In this document: in pieces, positions 13,300 through 25,920 of the stretch
How positions within the stretch are numbered: the stretch's first letter is position 1
How the letters are laid out: every line of letters starts with the position of its first letter
Assembly: GCA_011109175.1 (NCBI GenBank)
Contig: RDEW01000022.1
Coordinates: forward strand, 163,611 to 227,610
Direction: 5' to 3'
Source: Dicyema japonicum
Taxonomy: Eukaryota; Animalia; Dicyemida
Length of the DNA stretch: 64,000 nucleotides
Notes under the pieces: model-generated
What the model was told of the DNA's origin: nothing
What the model saw: only the letters and a program-made list of their open reading frames with translations
Database searches by the model: none
Made by a program: the position numbers and the translations under genes

Positions 13300-13921
13300 A
13301 AATCTCTCAATTTCCATATTCCAATTAAATAATGATTTATTGGGCTGTTTTCGTTATCATGTTTTCTAGTGTTTATTTTCGAAGGCCTTTTCAAAGCAAT
13401 TTCGTATTTCTGATTTATTTATTCCCAGGCCACAAGTAAACAAGTTGCATTATCTAAGTCTTTATTGGAATGCCCATTTGCAATTTTGCAGACAATAAGT
13501 TTTAACGTTGACTGGGAAATTTTTGCACATCAGAGAACGAAAAACTACATAAACTTCTGTATTTAATTGGTACCCATCTACCCTATTTGGCGTAGAGCAA
13601 CCTTTAATAAGATACCCTTTTAGTCGACGATGCCAACTTCCTTTTCCAGTCGACTTCCATCAGAGATGCCATTCTTCTTACAAATAAATGCATATTTATG
13701 CAGATCTGATTGTATTTCCTTACATATTCTATTTTTTATCATTTTGATTTAACTTCCTGGTCATACACCTTTAAATTTTTTAAGATAAATTTAAAAATTG
13801 TCACACTAATTTCGCCCATTTGGGGTTTATTACTAAAGAAAATTTCCCCCAAATTGATGTTTTGTCCAAAAAGAGGTTTTCTTCACAGTTTAAGTTTTTC
13901 CAAAACGAGGTCGGACTGTAC
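13300..13921 (-). mobile_element. Decayed pogo/Tigger-like DNA transposon remnant
   Basis: TIR-like TACAGTCCGACCTCG at the right end and a minus-strand CLLVAWE...IRNCFEKAF segment like the DDE_1 C-terminus. Confidence 0.45.
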
Positions 13922-14338
13922 TACAATCGAAAGTGGTTGTGTCTTTTAAAGGGTCGAACTAACAACATTGACGATTGACTAAATCTGCTCGTTAGTACAC
14001 CTTTAGGAGAGACTGTGCACCTTTTAGGGCTTCGAACAGACCATAGCTTCGACCCTCTTCTGGCATCTTATGGCAAAATCGTCGATACGAAAAAATCTAT
14101 TCTTCCAGTTCAGTCAGAAACCAGAAAATCCACTAAGTTTGTCCGTGTCCTGACCACATAGTTTATACGAGGCTGAGTTATGATATACTTGTTGCATTAG
14201 TAAATTAGTTTGTTGGATAATATATGCGAGTAAACCTCCTAGCAGTTGCTTTAATCTCCGTAAATCATTAGGGAACAAGAAAGGTATACCCTAGGATAAA
14301 GAGGAAATAGTCTGCAACATCGTTTGCTCCTCAAAAGC

Positions 14339-14584
14339 AACGAGAGAGTCTATATCCGCAGTGTCAAGGATTCATTTTTACTCTCAAAAATATCGAATAG
14401 TATATTATTTATTTATTTAATAACCCCGAAAAGGGAACACCAAGAAAGAAGGAGTAAACCAACGAGAGAGTCTATATCCGCAGTGTCAAGGATTCATTTT
14501 TACTCTCAAAAATATCGAATAGTATATTATTTATTTATTTAATAACCCCGAAAAGGGAACACCAAGAAAGAAGGAGTAAACCAA
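14339..14584. repeat. Tandem duplication of ~122 bp covering a LINE tail and flank
   Basis: Two essentially identical copies starting AACGAGAGAGTCTATATCCG. Confidence 0.9.
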
Positions 14585-17000
14585 CTAATTAAGTGATCCC
14601 GGTACGCCTCAACAGGATCGAGAGGTTTTTCCTGTGTTCCTCCAGAGTACCCACGGCTTTCCTGAATAGACGACGATCATCTTTCATTAGAGTTTGAAGA
14701 GGAGTGGGTTTTTTCCCCAAATTTCGTGTATTTGAGGCCTTTAGCCTTGAATGGAAGAAACGACTTGTTTCTTGGCCACACAGACAGATGAAGCCGGAGC
14801 CATTATTTTTGATTGCGGCGTGGTCAAGCATTGGAGGGAAAAGATCGGGGGGTAGATTCGTTTGACGTGCTAGTTTTCCAATTAGGGTATTGATCTTGAG
14901 TGAATTTGATATCGAAGCTCCATAGGCCCATGAGGCACAGGCGTACTCAATCGTCGGTTTTAGGAGTTGATTGAACACGACGAGGGCGCATTCCTGTGAA
15001 GGTTTGGACTTCAAGAGCGGTTTGATAATATTAAGTTTCCTGAGACCCTTTGTCATAACGTTCTTCACATGTTGAGAAAATGTCATCAAAGGGTCAAATG
15101 TCACTCCCAGGATAGTTGGACGAGTCTGTAGTGGTAAGGAGTCTCCAAAAATGTTCAAATCAAGTGTATGTTTTTCTTTTCTGTCCGTGGTGAAAATTGT
15201 ATATGTTGATTTGTCCCTGGATACGGAGAGACGATTCATCTTCAACCAGGCTCCCAGGTCGTCAATATGTGACTGGAGCTCTGATTTTGCTGTACCCACG
15301 TATTTGTTCCTGCTAGCGATGATTAGGTCGTCAGCATAAGTGAGAAGCATTGAATCTGGTCCTCCAGGGCAGGGTAAATCGTTGAGGAACAAGTTGAATA
15401 ATGCCGGAGAGAGGGGCGATCCTTGAGGGACGCCATTTGGTAGGAGACGGGACCTCGATCTTGCCTGGCCTATACAGACACGTCCTCTTCTTCCGGAGAG
15501 AAAATTGGCTATCCATCTTTTCAAATCCGTCTGAATGGTGGTGCCAAAAACCTCCTTCGTGAGTAATGTTCTCGAGACAGAATCGAACGCCTTTTGGATA
15601 TCCAGGGAAACCACTATTGTCCGTAGATGGCGTTTCGGTACGTTGAACCCTTCTGATATAAATTGAGACAGTGAAGTCAAATGTGTCGTAGTTGAACGCT
15701 CACATTTGAAACCATGTTGTAAGTGGCAGTCGGGCAAATGGGGTTTAATTTTCCAGAGTACGAGTTCTCCATTAAGCGCGATAATGCGCACGTTAATGAA
15801 ATTGGACAGTAGGAAGAAGGTAAGGTTTTCGGTTTTCATGGTTTAAGGATTGGTATTATAAGTGAGTTTTTCCATTTGCATGGGATGACGTTCATGTTCG
15901 AAGATAAATTAAAAATTGACGTAATCGAATTGATTGCAACATTATCAAGGTGTTTTAGCAAAATTCCCGGAATATCGTCAGGATACACGTATAAGATCTT
16001 TTCATCGATCTTATAGCCTGTGTGACCTCGACATGCGTATATAAATTGATCCACGAAGTTGGTTTAGGCATTAAATTCCTAAGGTGACAAGAATGTGATT
16101 TCGAGAAGTCCTTGTGACTTATGGATGCGTAGTATTTCATTAGATTGTTAGCTTGAACAGTATTTTGAGCAGAAAAAGATTCTGATTCATCTGATAAGTT
16201 TAGCTTGATTCGACGAATAGTTTTCCATAAAAGACTCGTAGATTTCATATGTCCAATAGATGATAATAGCCACTTCCACGCCTTATCTTTCTTTTCTCTG
16301 ATGAACTTTGTAATTCTCTGATTTAAGCATTTTATATTTTCCAAATCAGAAGAGGTTTGCAGATGATTCATCTTCAGTGAGTTTTTTTGTTTGACAATTC
16401 TCAGAGTCCAGAGAAGGCTAGTGGGATTTGTAAACTGCACGTGGTTCAAACAACTTTTCAGCAGGAAGGAATACATGGTTTAGATGGTCCACTGCTTTGT
16501 CGATGGAGCAAAATGAAGTGGGATCACAATAGAAATTTGTTCCGCGGTCTTGTGTAGAATTAAATAATCCACTTGCGAGCTCACATCGTGAAAGGATAAA
16601 ACGTTTTTAATAATGGTGAGTAAGCCGCAACCACGTACAATGCTGTCTTTTCTGATAGAGATGTATCCAGGAAAAATTGGGGTTGTACTGTTTGTAGAAA
16701 GTTTTGACTCCTGGATAAGGCAGATATCAGTCTTGTGCTTGGCTAATAAACATCATAACTCTAGAATCTTTGTTTTTATTCCGCTAGCATTGAGTTGCAT
16801 AATAACATGGGGTTTTGGTTCAGGCTTTTGTTCAATATCTCCAGAAAGCAATGGAATTCAGGGGAACAAACAACATCTCTAGTTTCCAGTTGAGGTATAC
16901 GATCCAGGCATAAGGAGTCTGGATGGGAAAGAGCAAATGGTTTTTTTTGGTGTATTATTACACTGAGGGCCACCACAAAGGTGAACCACATGACGCCACG
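14523..17000 (-). mobile_element. Ingi/Vingi-like LINE with internal deletion (head, decayed 2A, EN, RT, tail)
   Basis: Head CGTGGCGTCATGTGGTTCACC at 17000. LLSGDIEQKPEP at 16816-16851. QLNASG and IQESKL. RT ORF 14589-15839 (DIQKAFDSV, GVPQGSPLSP, YADD). (TAAA)n tail. Confidence 0.9.
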
Positions 17001-18239
17001 AGAATAAAAATTTTTTTTAAACTGCCTATATTATTTAAAAAATTTTAAGAATAGAATATTATTTATTAACTATGGAGGAGAGCGCCTGCTGACATCACGG
17101 AGTAAGCTTAAGCATCTCCGCTTAAAGAAACAGCAAGCAGCATACAGAGCCCCGGTATTTCTCAACACAGGAACATAGTAGGTGTCTCTTAGCCACGTTA
17201 TTCATCCCTCTGCCATTGAAAGTAAGGATGTGTAGGTTATTGGATTGTTCTAAATGTTTTAGACATAAAAGCAAAATAGAGGTACGTCACCACCTCAACC
17301 AATAAGTTTTTGAAATTTGACAATTCTTAATGTACCCTTTCTCTCCTACCTCGTCTACAAAATTTAAAGAATTAATTATTTCGGGGTACATATCATTAAA
17401 TCCATTGCTTTAGTCAATTCTGTTGTTTCTATTTCAATTTTTTATTAAAGAATAAATTCGATGTTTAAAAATCCTCTTCTACAAAGTTTCACCGTATATA
17501 GTATGGTTATGATATATTTACGTCTAAATGAACAGGTCCCCGAAATGTCGCAATGAACAACTACTTCGGAAATACGAGAGCTGGATTCCGTCAACGCCGA
17601 TTATATTGAATGAAGACCTATCGGGGGTTGGTATTAGACTAACTCTGGGGTACGACCTAAAAGAACTACACGCAAGAGAAGATCATAGTCGAGGCTGACG
17701 GAGAGGATGATTCTGAATGCGGTACAGGGAAACTTTAGTGTCCAATCCGTCTTTCCTCCTAAGGTTGGTCTTGGAATTCTGAGTTTATCTCCAAAATTGA
17801 GAAAGTTTCTTCTCATACTTTGAGAAGGATTCTAGAATAATTAGACTTTGACCCAAATGGATGGTCTAGATTTTTGATCATTTAAAGGAAATATTGCTGG
17901 CGTTTTAATGAAGCATTATTGGTGTTTCGTTTAATGTTTTCCATAATAACAAGATAAAAGAGAGTCACAATAAAACTCTAACAGATCATAGATAACATAA
18001 CATGATTTATTTGCAAAACCCCAACTAACTAAACAAGGTAAGAGCCATTAACTAAAAAGGAAAGCCAAGATTTGGGGTCGTCTATATCGGGGCACTCTCA
18101 TGAGACACCGTATGTCTCTTCTCCGTAAAAAGCCCCAATTACAATGCGAGTTTCCACAAGCAATGTAATAAATCACCGATTCTTCTCGTTTTTCTATTGT
18201 ATTCGTCATCAATTTCAGATGCTAAATCCAATCCATGTG

Positions 18240-18820
18240 CTTCAATTTAGTTTCATTTATAATTAGAACTTCCATCTGGATCGTGCTGGCTATAGCAACC
18301 AGCACTGAGGCCCGTTTCCGAAGAGAACGGGCATTAACCAGGGTTATCCTGACTACTTCTGGTTTTTTCGGTGGCTGCCCTCTCTTCTTAAGAGCACCAC
18401 TCTCTTCTCTGTGTTGAAGCTTCTACTGTTTCTTTTTTAGAAGGTTTCTTATTATTTGTCGTATTCCAGCCAGTCTGCCCATACATTCTAAACTCTGACT
18501 TTAATTTCTTATTCGTTCCAGTTTTGGAAACTTCACTTTCTCCATTATGGGCATTTTCTCGTTTTAGAAAAATTTTCCATTCGATTCTTTCCTTTTTTGG
18601 TCAATTTTGTTTTTCTTCGCAATGTTAGCTTCAACAGCCTTGGAGCATCTTCCATAATTTAGTTTCGTTTATAATTAGAACTTCCATCTGGATCGTGCTG
18701 GCTATAGCAACCAGCACTGAGGCCCGTTTCCAAAGAGAACGGGCATTAATCAGGGTTATCCTGACTACTTCTGGTTTTTTTTTCGGTCGCTGGCCTCTCT
18801 TCTCTGTATTGAAGCTTCTA
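18240..18820 (-). mobile_element. Duplicated LINE APE-endonuclease N-terminal fragments
   Basis: RITLVNARSLRKRAS...VLIINETKL occurs twice (about 18246-18430 and 18657-18820). Confidence 0.6.
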
Positions 18821-19394
18821 TAGATCAGGTCGGTGATCAGTCTTCTTAAATTTGAAGTTTACTAAAACATGCTAAATTTTACCAATGCATTATCATCCAA
18901 AGGGCAAACTTAATTTATGTTTTTCTTAATTTCTTTAAGAACGAGATGATGTGGTCCATTTATACTAAACCATGCTAAATTTTACCAATGCGTTATCATC
19001 CAAAGGGCAAACTTAATTTATGTTTTTCTTAATTTCTTTAAGAACGAGATGATGTGGTCCATTTATAAAATAATAATTTCCGGAAGAAAAAAAGACCAAA
19101 CTAAACGATACTAGTGAATCACTCGTCACTGCGTGCTCACTCGTCACTGCGTGATAGATCAAAGGAAGACGACAGGGCAAGGGAGAGAGCCCTATTGAAA
19201 TTCATTAGGATCACATAAATTTTGAAAATCCATACAGAGTAGGGACAAAATGAACAGGTCTCTAGTTAAAAAAATATATCTGGCTGTGAGCCAACAGAAA
19301 TGACACGTCTCAGCCGTCTCAGAAAATCAATGCGTAAATATTTTAAGTAATAAAGACGATTAACCCATTTAACCAAAAAGAAATCATAATTAGC

Positions 19395-19720
19395 TTAACT
19401 AAAGGAATGGTTCGGTAAAGAGTGATTCATTACGGGATTTCATTTTGATGTAAATATTAGCAATTACGCCAGTAAGTATTATAAATAGTACCAATGACAA
19501 CACTAGTCCGAAGATTCCAATTATTTGATGTTTCGTCAGTTTTTTTATGGATTCATTTTCAGACGATATTAGTTCTTCAAAACTTATTTTATCTAAAATT
19601 CAAACAAGTTTACTCACCATCTGCAATATTATGATGTTTAATCGTGGTTTTGTTTTTAATTTCAGTAGATGATTGTGTTTCAAAGCATCCTTCATATAAA
19701 ATTCAGTCAGATTTATTATC
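19395..19720 (-). pseudogene. 3' exons (stalk, TM, tail) of a LAMP-like paralog
   Basis: EGCFE...KKLTKHQIIGIFGLVLSLVLFIILTGVIANIYIKMK is homologous to the end of the 21531-22832 gene, with matching tiny-intron sequences. Confidence 0.7.
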
Positions 19721-20199
19721 CTCATTTTCCAATATGGAAATCACCTCGCGTCCCCATTTTTAGAAATGTCGGATACAAGGAAGTATTGGATACACCAATT
19801 TCTGTGTTCGAATCTTATCTGGCCAAAATTGGTGGACCTTAGATATGTGTGCCTTGTGAAGGAATAAGAGTTAGTTATTGTTTTTCAAATGTTCTTAATA
19901 GAAATGATAATATCTGAATCAAGATACTAGGTATCTTGATGTCCAAATATTTTGCCTACGTACTAAAGAAATGAATTCATATTCTCACTAAAAAAAGTGG
20001 TCTGGGATCACAGGGTACATTATTTTTCTCGTTTGCCCAAGTGATTCATTTTATTTAACCATAATAATTAGTCAATAATGGTTCCACTGATTAATTAGAA
20101 TTTTTTATTTTAAAAAATTATTCATTTAAGGATTTGTTAAGTTAATTCAATATTTGGGAGACTACGCAGAGAGGATCCGGAAATTTATGGAGGCTGGTA

Positions 20200-21310
20200 T
20201 TATTATTATTATTAACCCAAGAATACCAATAGTTAATTTATTACTAAATTAAGTGATCTCGAAGGATTCAATCAGAATTCTCATTTTCTCCTCGTGCGCC
20301 TGAGATCCAACACAACTCTGTAGGTGGAGTGTTTTCAGGAATAGGTATTGGAAAGGGGTGATGTATTCCCTTCTCACAAGACACGTCGTGAATGTGTATT
20401 GTTGAGAGTTGCTTGCTTGCACAGGGTAGCAAATTAGTTTCCATTTTGTAGGATAAAGTCTTCAAGTGATGAGGGTATTAGTTTTTCTGGTTTCCAGAGA
20501 TCACTAATAGTAGTGGTTTTTAAGGCCTGAATGTCCCTGTTTCTTTGTTTGTTCGTCCAGGACAGATTAATTCTCCATGACGTACAGGCATGGCTGACAG
20601 ATGGCTCAATGAATTGTTTGTACAACAATTTCAAAGCAGGGAAAGGGGTTTTAATGCCACCGAAAATAGTTTTGATTATCCCTAGCTTTCTTGAGCAGCT
20701 TCCAGAGACGGCGTCGACGTGAGATGATAAGGACATGTGTGTGTCGAAGGTAATCCCGAAGATATTCAGTTTCTTCGTGAAAGGTATTTTCGTCTGGTTG
20801 ATAAATATTTCCACTGTCATTTGTTCAAGTCGTTTTCTGAGGTAAATAAAGACAAAGAAGATTTTTCAGTAGATATATCTAGCCGGTTATAATTTAGCCA
20901 AATTTAATCTTGTGAAGGTATTCTTGTAGTCTTTCTAATGCCTTTGGGATATCTTGATCGCGGGATCCGATTAATAAGTAATCACCATATGATAAGATGA
21001 AATCGTCTTTATTATAAGAGTTGTGGTAAATCGAACATGTATAAGTTAAATAAGGCGGGTGATAAAGGGGAACCTTGTGGACACCATTGGGTAATAATAT
21101 TGAAATTGGTCCAATTCATGTATATCCGGGCCCTTCTTCCATTTATGAAGTTAGTAAACCAATGTTTTTTTTGGTGTAATCGGGGAGAACAAACAACTTC
21201 CGGGTTAGGATTTTTCTTAAGACAGAGTCGAAGGCCTTTTATAAATCAATCGACAAACGACTGTTTTAATTTGTGTTAAAGCCTTCAATGATAAATTAAT
21301 TGACAAAAGT
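20200..21310 (-). mobile_element. Ingi/Vingi-like LINE 3' half, decayed
   Basis: KAFDSV, PQGSPLSP and GITFD motifs. 3' end GAGATCAC...GGGTTAATAATAATA. Confidence 0.8.
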
Positions 21311-21530
21311 TAGGTTGGTAGACTGCTGCATATTATCAAAGCGACTCCAATCCACTTGAGGAGGCTTTTTTTGAAAGCATCTTAGCATTTTTTCGAAAAC
21401 AGTAGGGATTTTTGGTATACTTTCGTTATATTTGACAAAATAAAAAATTTTGTAAAATTTTAGAATATAGACTGTAATTCAAATAATTATAAAAATTTGA
21501 ATAAATTGAAGAAGATTTGACAAATTAATA

Positions 21531-22832
21531 TTAGTTAGTTACAAAGGTTAATGGAATGCTTTCTTGTATTTCAGTATGTGATTTCGGTTTGATATAAATA
21601 ACGAAAATGATACATGTGACTATTACTGCGACAACTCCACACACGATTCCAACTTTTTGAAGTTTCGTCAATTTTTTTAAGGCTTTACTTTCAGACAAAA
21701 GTAGTTTTTCAGTACTTATTTTATCTAAAATTTAGTCGGTTTACAGTATTACGATGGTTAATAGTGGTTTTTTTGTCTTTAATTTCAGTCGATATTGGTT
21801 CTTCAAAGCATCCTTCATCTAAAATTCAGTCGGATTTATTAACCATCTCCAATAAATTCAAAAATTAAATCATTGCGGAAAAATTGTAATTTGAGAGATG
21901 AAATTTTGATAGTCACATTATTATAGTTTTGTGAGATGATTCCACAATGATAAAATCTTCCCATTTTAATTTGTTTAAATTGTTTTTCAAGTGAAACACA
22001 TTTAATTCTTCTATACCCAACACAAACAGAAAAATTATGAATATGATATTTATTCTTATATTGTTTATTAGCCATAAATGTTATAGTAGTATGATCACTA
22101 GTCAATATATATTTATATTCACTATAATAATTTGTTAAAATATTATAATCATAATCACTGAAATGCTCATCTGTTATCTAAGAATCAATGTTCATGTGTA
22201 CAATTGTGTTATTGTCAATATATGATATTTTGATAATTCCACTTATTACTCCTTGGATTCTATTTTTGTTAAATAAAAACCAAATCGGCGTATTTGGGTC
22301 ATTATTTGGGTTACAGTCATTAGCTAAATAAATCTTTATTAGAACCTTTTCCAGTAAAATAATCAAAATAATCATCATTGTGATATTGCAACTTGTTCGA
22401 ATAAATTGTAACAGATAAATAATTCGTAAAAATAATATGAGTAAAACCGCATCTGTAGTATTCCCCATATTTAGTTTGTGGTATCTTTGTGATATTTGTG
22501 TAATGTTTACCACCTTAATTATAACAATAAACGTACCATAAACAATTTCTGTTATTAAGTCAATAGTATAAAACTCATTGTAAAAGTGAGGAATTAGTTT
22601 AAAATTTATATTATCACGAGATAACCTATAGTCTCCACGAGTTTTCCAGTGATCTATATGTTGATCGTTTTTTAACTTCCATAAACTATTTTCCTAAAGT
22701 TAATGAAATATATACTATAGATGGATTCTCATAAATTATATATGAATCAATTAATAAATATTTCTCATAGCATATTATTTTGACGATTTTGCTTAACAGA
22801 ATAAATATGATAAAATGAATAGTTCTGTTCAT
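21531..22832 (-). CDS. LAMP-like type I membrane glycoprotein, 385 aa, 7 exons
   Basis: Removing six GT-AG introns (22694-22715, 22514-22536, 22324-22345, 22178-22201, 21819-21843, 21725-21752; 22-28 nt) gives an uninterrupted ORF. It has a signal-like MNRTIHFIIFILLSK, two repeats with G.YY.CG...L.LQ (LAMP-domain-like GxSYxC...LQ), CFEE, a stalk, TM VGIVCGVVAVIVTCIIFVIYI and a short tail. The LAMP assignment is by motif resemblance. Confidence 0.75.
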
Positions 22833-24549
22833 TTAATCTAAATTTTATTAGGTCAAAGTTTATTATATTTTAATTTTTGACATTATTTTTTATTTAATTA
22901 TTTTAAATATTAATAATAATAGATATTTTATTACGATTTTTAAATAAATACAGTAAAGTCTCTCGAATCCTGCTATTTTGGGCTGAAGTCTGTTGGCCAT
23001 ATTCTAAAAATGCACCCAAGCACGTCAGCAGATGTTATCACGAAGGAGTACTTTGCAGCATCTGGGAAAAGATTCCTTATACATCCAATTACGACACTTC
23101 TTAATCCTATGTTCCAATTGAAGTGGATTTGCTGAGGTTCAAGATGCCGAAGTAAACTCTACAGTATGTTTCAGAAACTAAATATAGAGTATAACTGAGC
23201 ATTCCTGCGATAAACTAGTCAGGTAAGAGAGCATCGCATTCACACAGTTAAGTTTCCACAGACCACTCGTAAAAACATTGTTCACGTGGTGATAGAACGA
23301 TAGAACCAGGACAAATGTCACTCAAGATTCTCGAGTGAGTTTTTAAGGATATCATTTCGTCTAAATTTAACACAAACTCTTCTTTTGGTCCACTATCCGC
23401 AGAAAAATAGAATAGGAAAACTTTCGGGGAACAAAAAAATCTTTCTCTTGAGGAATTATAACTTGGTCGTGAAGTAAGTCATTTTCATAAGTCAATAGTA
23501 CTAAATTTATTTTATCATAAGTTAAGGAGTCCCAGGAGGAGAAGATCTCTCAAGAACATTATCGTGAGATATAGTGATTGTCTTACACAAACTCGTTTTC
23601 TCTGTCCTGTATATAAGTTGGTAAATCTTAGCTTCATTTTGGGTTAAGTCGAGCGTCACATAATTTCTTAGTAACAATTTTTCATGACACCGAATGTAAA
23701 TCAAACAAGAACAATCACTGGAATTCCCTTATATGCGGATGTGGGTGTATGTGATACTCGGGCTCCCATTTAATAGTTAAAGGAATAAGCAAGAAAAAAA
23801 TAGCTTACAATAACTGTAAGCACTATAATAAAATAGTATTTTTAGACTGAAAACAAGCGCTTGTTCAGAACTCATGAAGTAGCAATAGTGCACTATAACA
23901 TGATTCTATTATACATAATATCCTCATTTTCCAATATGGAAGTCACCTCGCGTCCCCATTTTTAGAGATGTCGGATAAAAAAAGATGTAAGTTTTGCATT
24001 CATCATCCGAAAATTGTAAAAAAAATGTTAAACGACTTTTTGTCTTTACAGTATGTTTTTTCGACTTAAATAAGGTTTTTCGATTTTTTTTCGACAAAAT
24101 ATTAACTTTTTATTCAGAGTTCGGATTACTTGTCTTGGAAACTTGTGATCCAGAAAATTCTTGAGTTCCGAGATAACTTTAGCGACGAAAATAAAGGATT
24201 GAGGTAATGATGCACTGCAGGAATGTTTTAATCTCAATATCTACAAAAATAATCAACTTTAAAAATTTGATATACGAAGTATCGGATACTCTAAATTTTA
24301 GATTCGGCTCTCGGCTGTTACAAATTTTGAAGGAACGTCGACAAGTCTACATTGAGGAGGAACAAGGGAGTTAATAGTTAATTTCAAAACTAAGGAAATT
24401 AATAAAATTTTCAATTCTTAGAGGTTTCTTAGATTTTATTAGCAGTCAATAAGAAATAGAGGTTGAGGTGGTAAACTGAGTTTAAGGTGGTACAGACATC
24501 TCTACTGCATAAATGTCTTAAACGCACTTGAAGCGCTTTGAGGAGCTTA

Positions 24550-25600
24550 ATATAACATCTCTCAATGTAAGAATGATCAGCAAGGAGTGGAAAAAAAACT
24601 TGTTATGTTCGGTTCTAAGAAAAAATGGTGCAGACGTGGACATCTTTCAATGTAAGAATGATCAGTAAGGAGTGGAAAAGAAACTTGTTATGTTCGGTTC
24701 TAAGAAAAAATGGTGCAGACGTGGGATGCCTACAAGAGACAAAAGTATAGGTTGGAATGGACGAGATACATAGAGACTATAGACTTATTTTACTACCATC
24801 GTCATCACGACACTATGGATAGGGGTTTGCTGTGCACAAGAAACTTGTTCGTGGGATACATCGCTGTTGGAGTGTAAACGACAGAAACAGCACACTGCAA
24901 ATACGGGTTGGGGTCAAACGCACATCGAGGGCCCTTATCTCAATTATAAATGTTTATGCACCCAACAGTGGACGGGTCGCCGGAGATTCGGACGAACTTG
25001 AAGCTTTCTACATGCAGGTGTCGAGGACATATGCCGAACTGGAATCGTCTTTTCTAGTCTTCATTGCCGGAGACTAGAATGCTAAAGCAGAAGTATGTCG
25101 GGAACATAAGTCGACTATCGGAAGACACGGAAGAGAGATCAGGAACCTGCCGCGGCCTCTGCTGATAAATTTCTGCCGGGCATTTGGTCTATTCCTGTGT
25201 AACACTGCGTTTGCGCATGCTGCAAAACATAAGACTACCTGGACGAGCTGCAGAAGAAATGAATCAGGGGCCATGCGAGGATTTACAATCAGATTGATTA
25301 CATTCTTAGTAAAAAAAATAGAACACCATTACAAGACTCGAGGTCATACAGAGGGGCCGTCGTGGAAAGCGACCACAAGTTCGTCGAGAACCTGTTTGAT
25401 ATTACAAGTCGCTATGCACGCACTTTGGAACAAAGCCATCTCAGGTCATACGGAGAGGATTCTATCGAGCGGCCGTCGTGGAAAGAGACCACAAGTTCGT
25501 CGTGGGCCTGTTTGATATTACAAGTCGCTATGCACGCACTTTGGAACAGAGCCATCTCAGGTCATACGGAAAGGATTCTATCGAGCACTAGGATACAGAG
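24550..25600 (+). mobile_element. RTE-clade LINE endonuclease region, decayed
   Basis: FNVR, CLQETK, INVYAP, IAGD*NAK, NQIDY and ESDH motifs, with internal ~85 and ~115 bp tandem duplications. Confidence 0.8.
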
Positions 25601-25703
25601 AAAAATCAAAAAATTAAAAATTGAACATGTTGTAACGTTTTGGATGTCATAAATGACCAACATATGTGCAAGCTCGTATCCCTAAATATTAGGTAAGTGG
25701 TGT

Positions 25704-25920
25704 GGTGGTTGGGAAGATCAGTAAAAGAGCTATTGACAGGATCGAAAATATTTTGGCGGCAATGCTTGGACACTTTTCTAGGGATCTCTGGGGTAATTGG
25801 GAAGATCAGTAAAAGAGCTATTAACAGGATTGAACACATCTTGGCGGCAATGCGTGGACACTTTTTTAGGGATCTCTGGGGTGGTTGGGAAGATCAGTAA
25901 AAGAGCTATTGGCAGGTCGA
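25704..25920. repeat. ~89-bp tandem repeat, ~2.4 diverged copies
   Basis: GGGAAGATCAGTAAAAGAGCTATT recurs at about 25710, 25799 and 25887. Confidence 0.85.

Noticed and set aside
22984-23914. Gene in the duplicated block (also 29835-30801)
   Set aside because: Short frames with stops in both copies and no recognisable family.
25704-25920. CRISPR-like array
   Set aside because: The intervening sequences are themselves repeated, the context is eukaryotic, and there are no cas genes.
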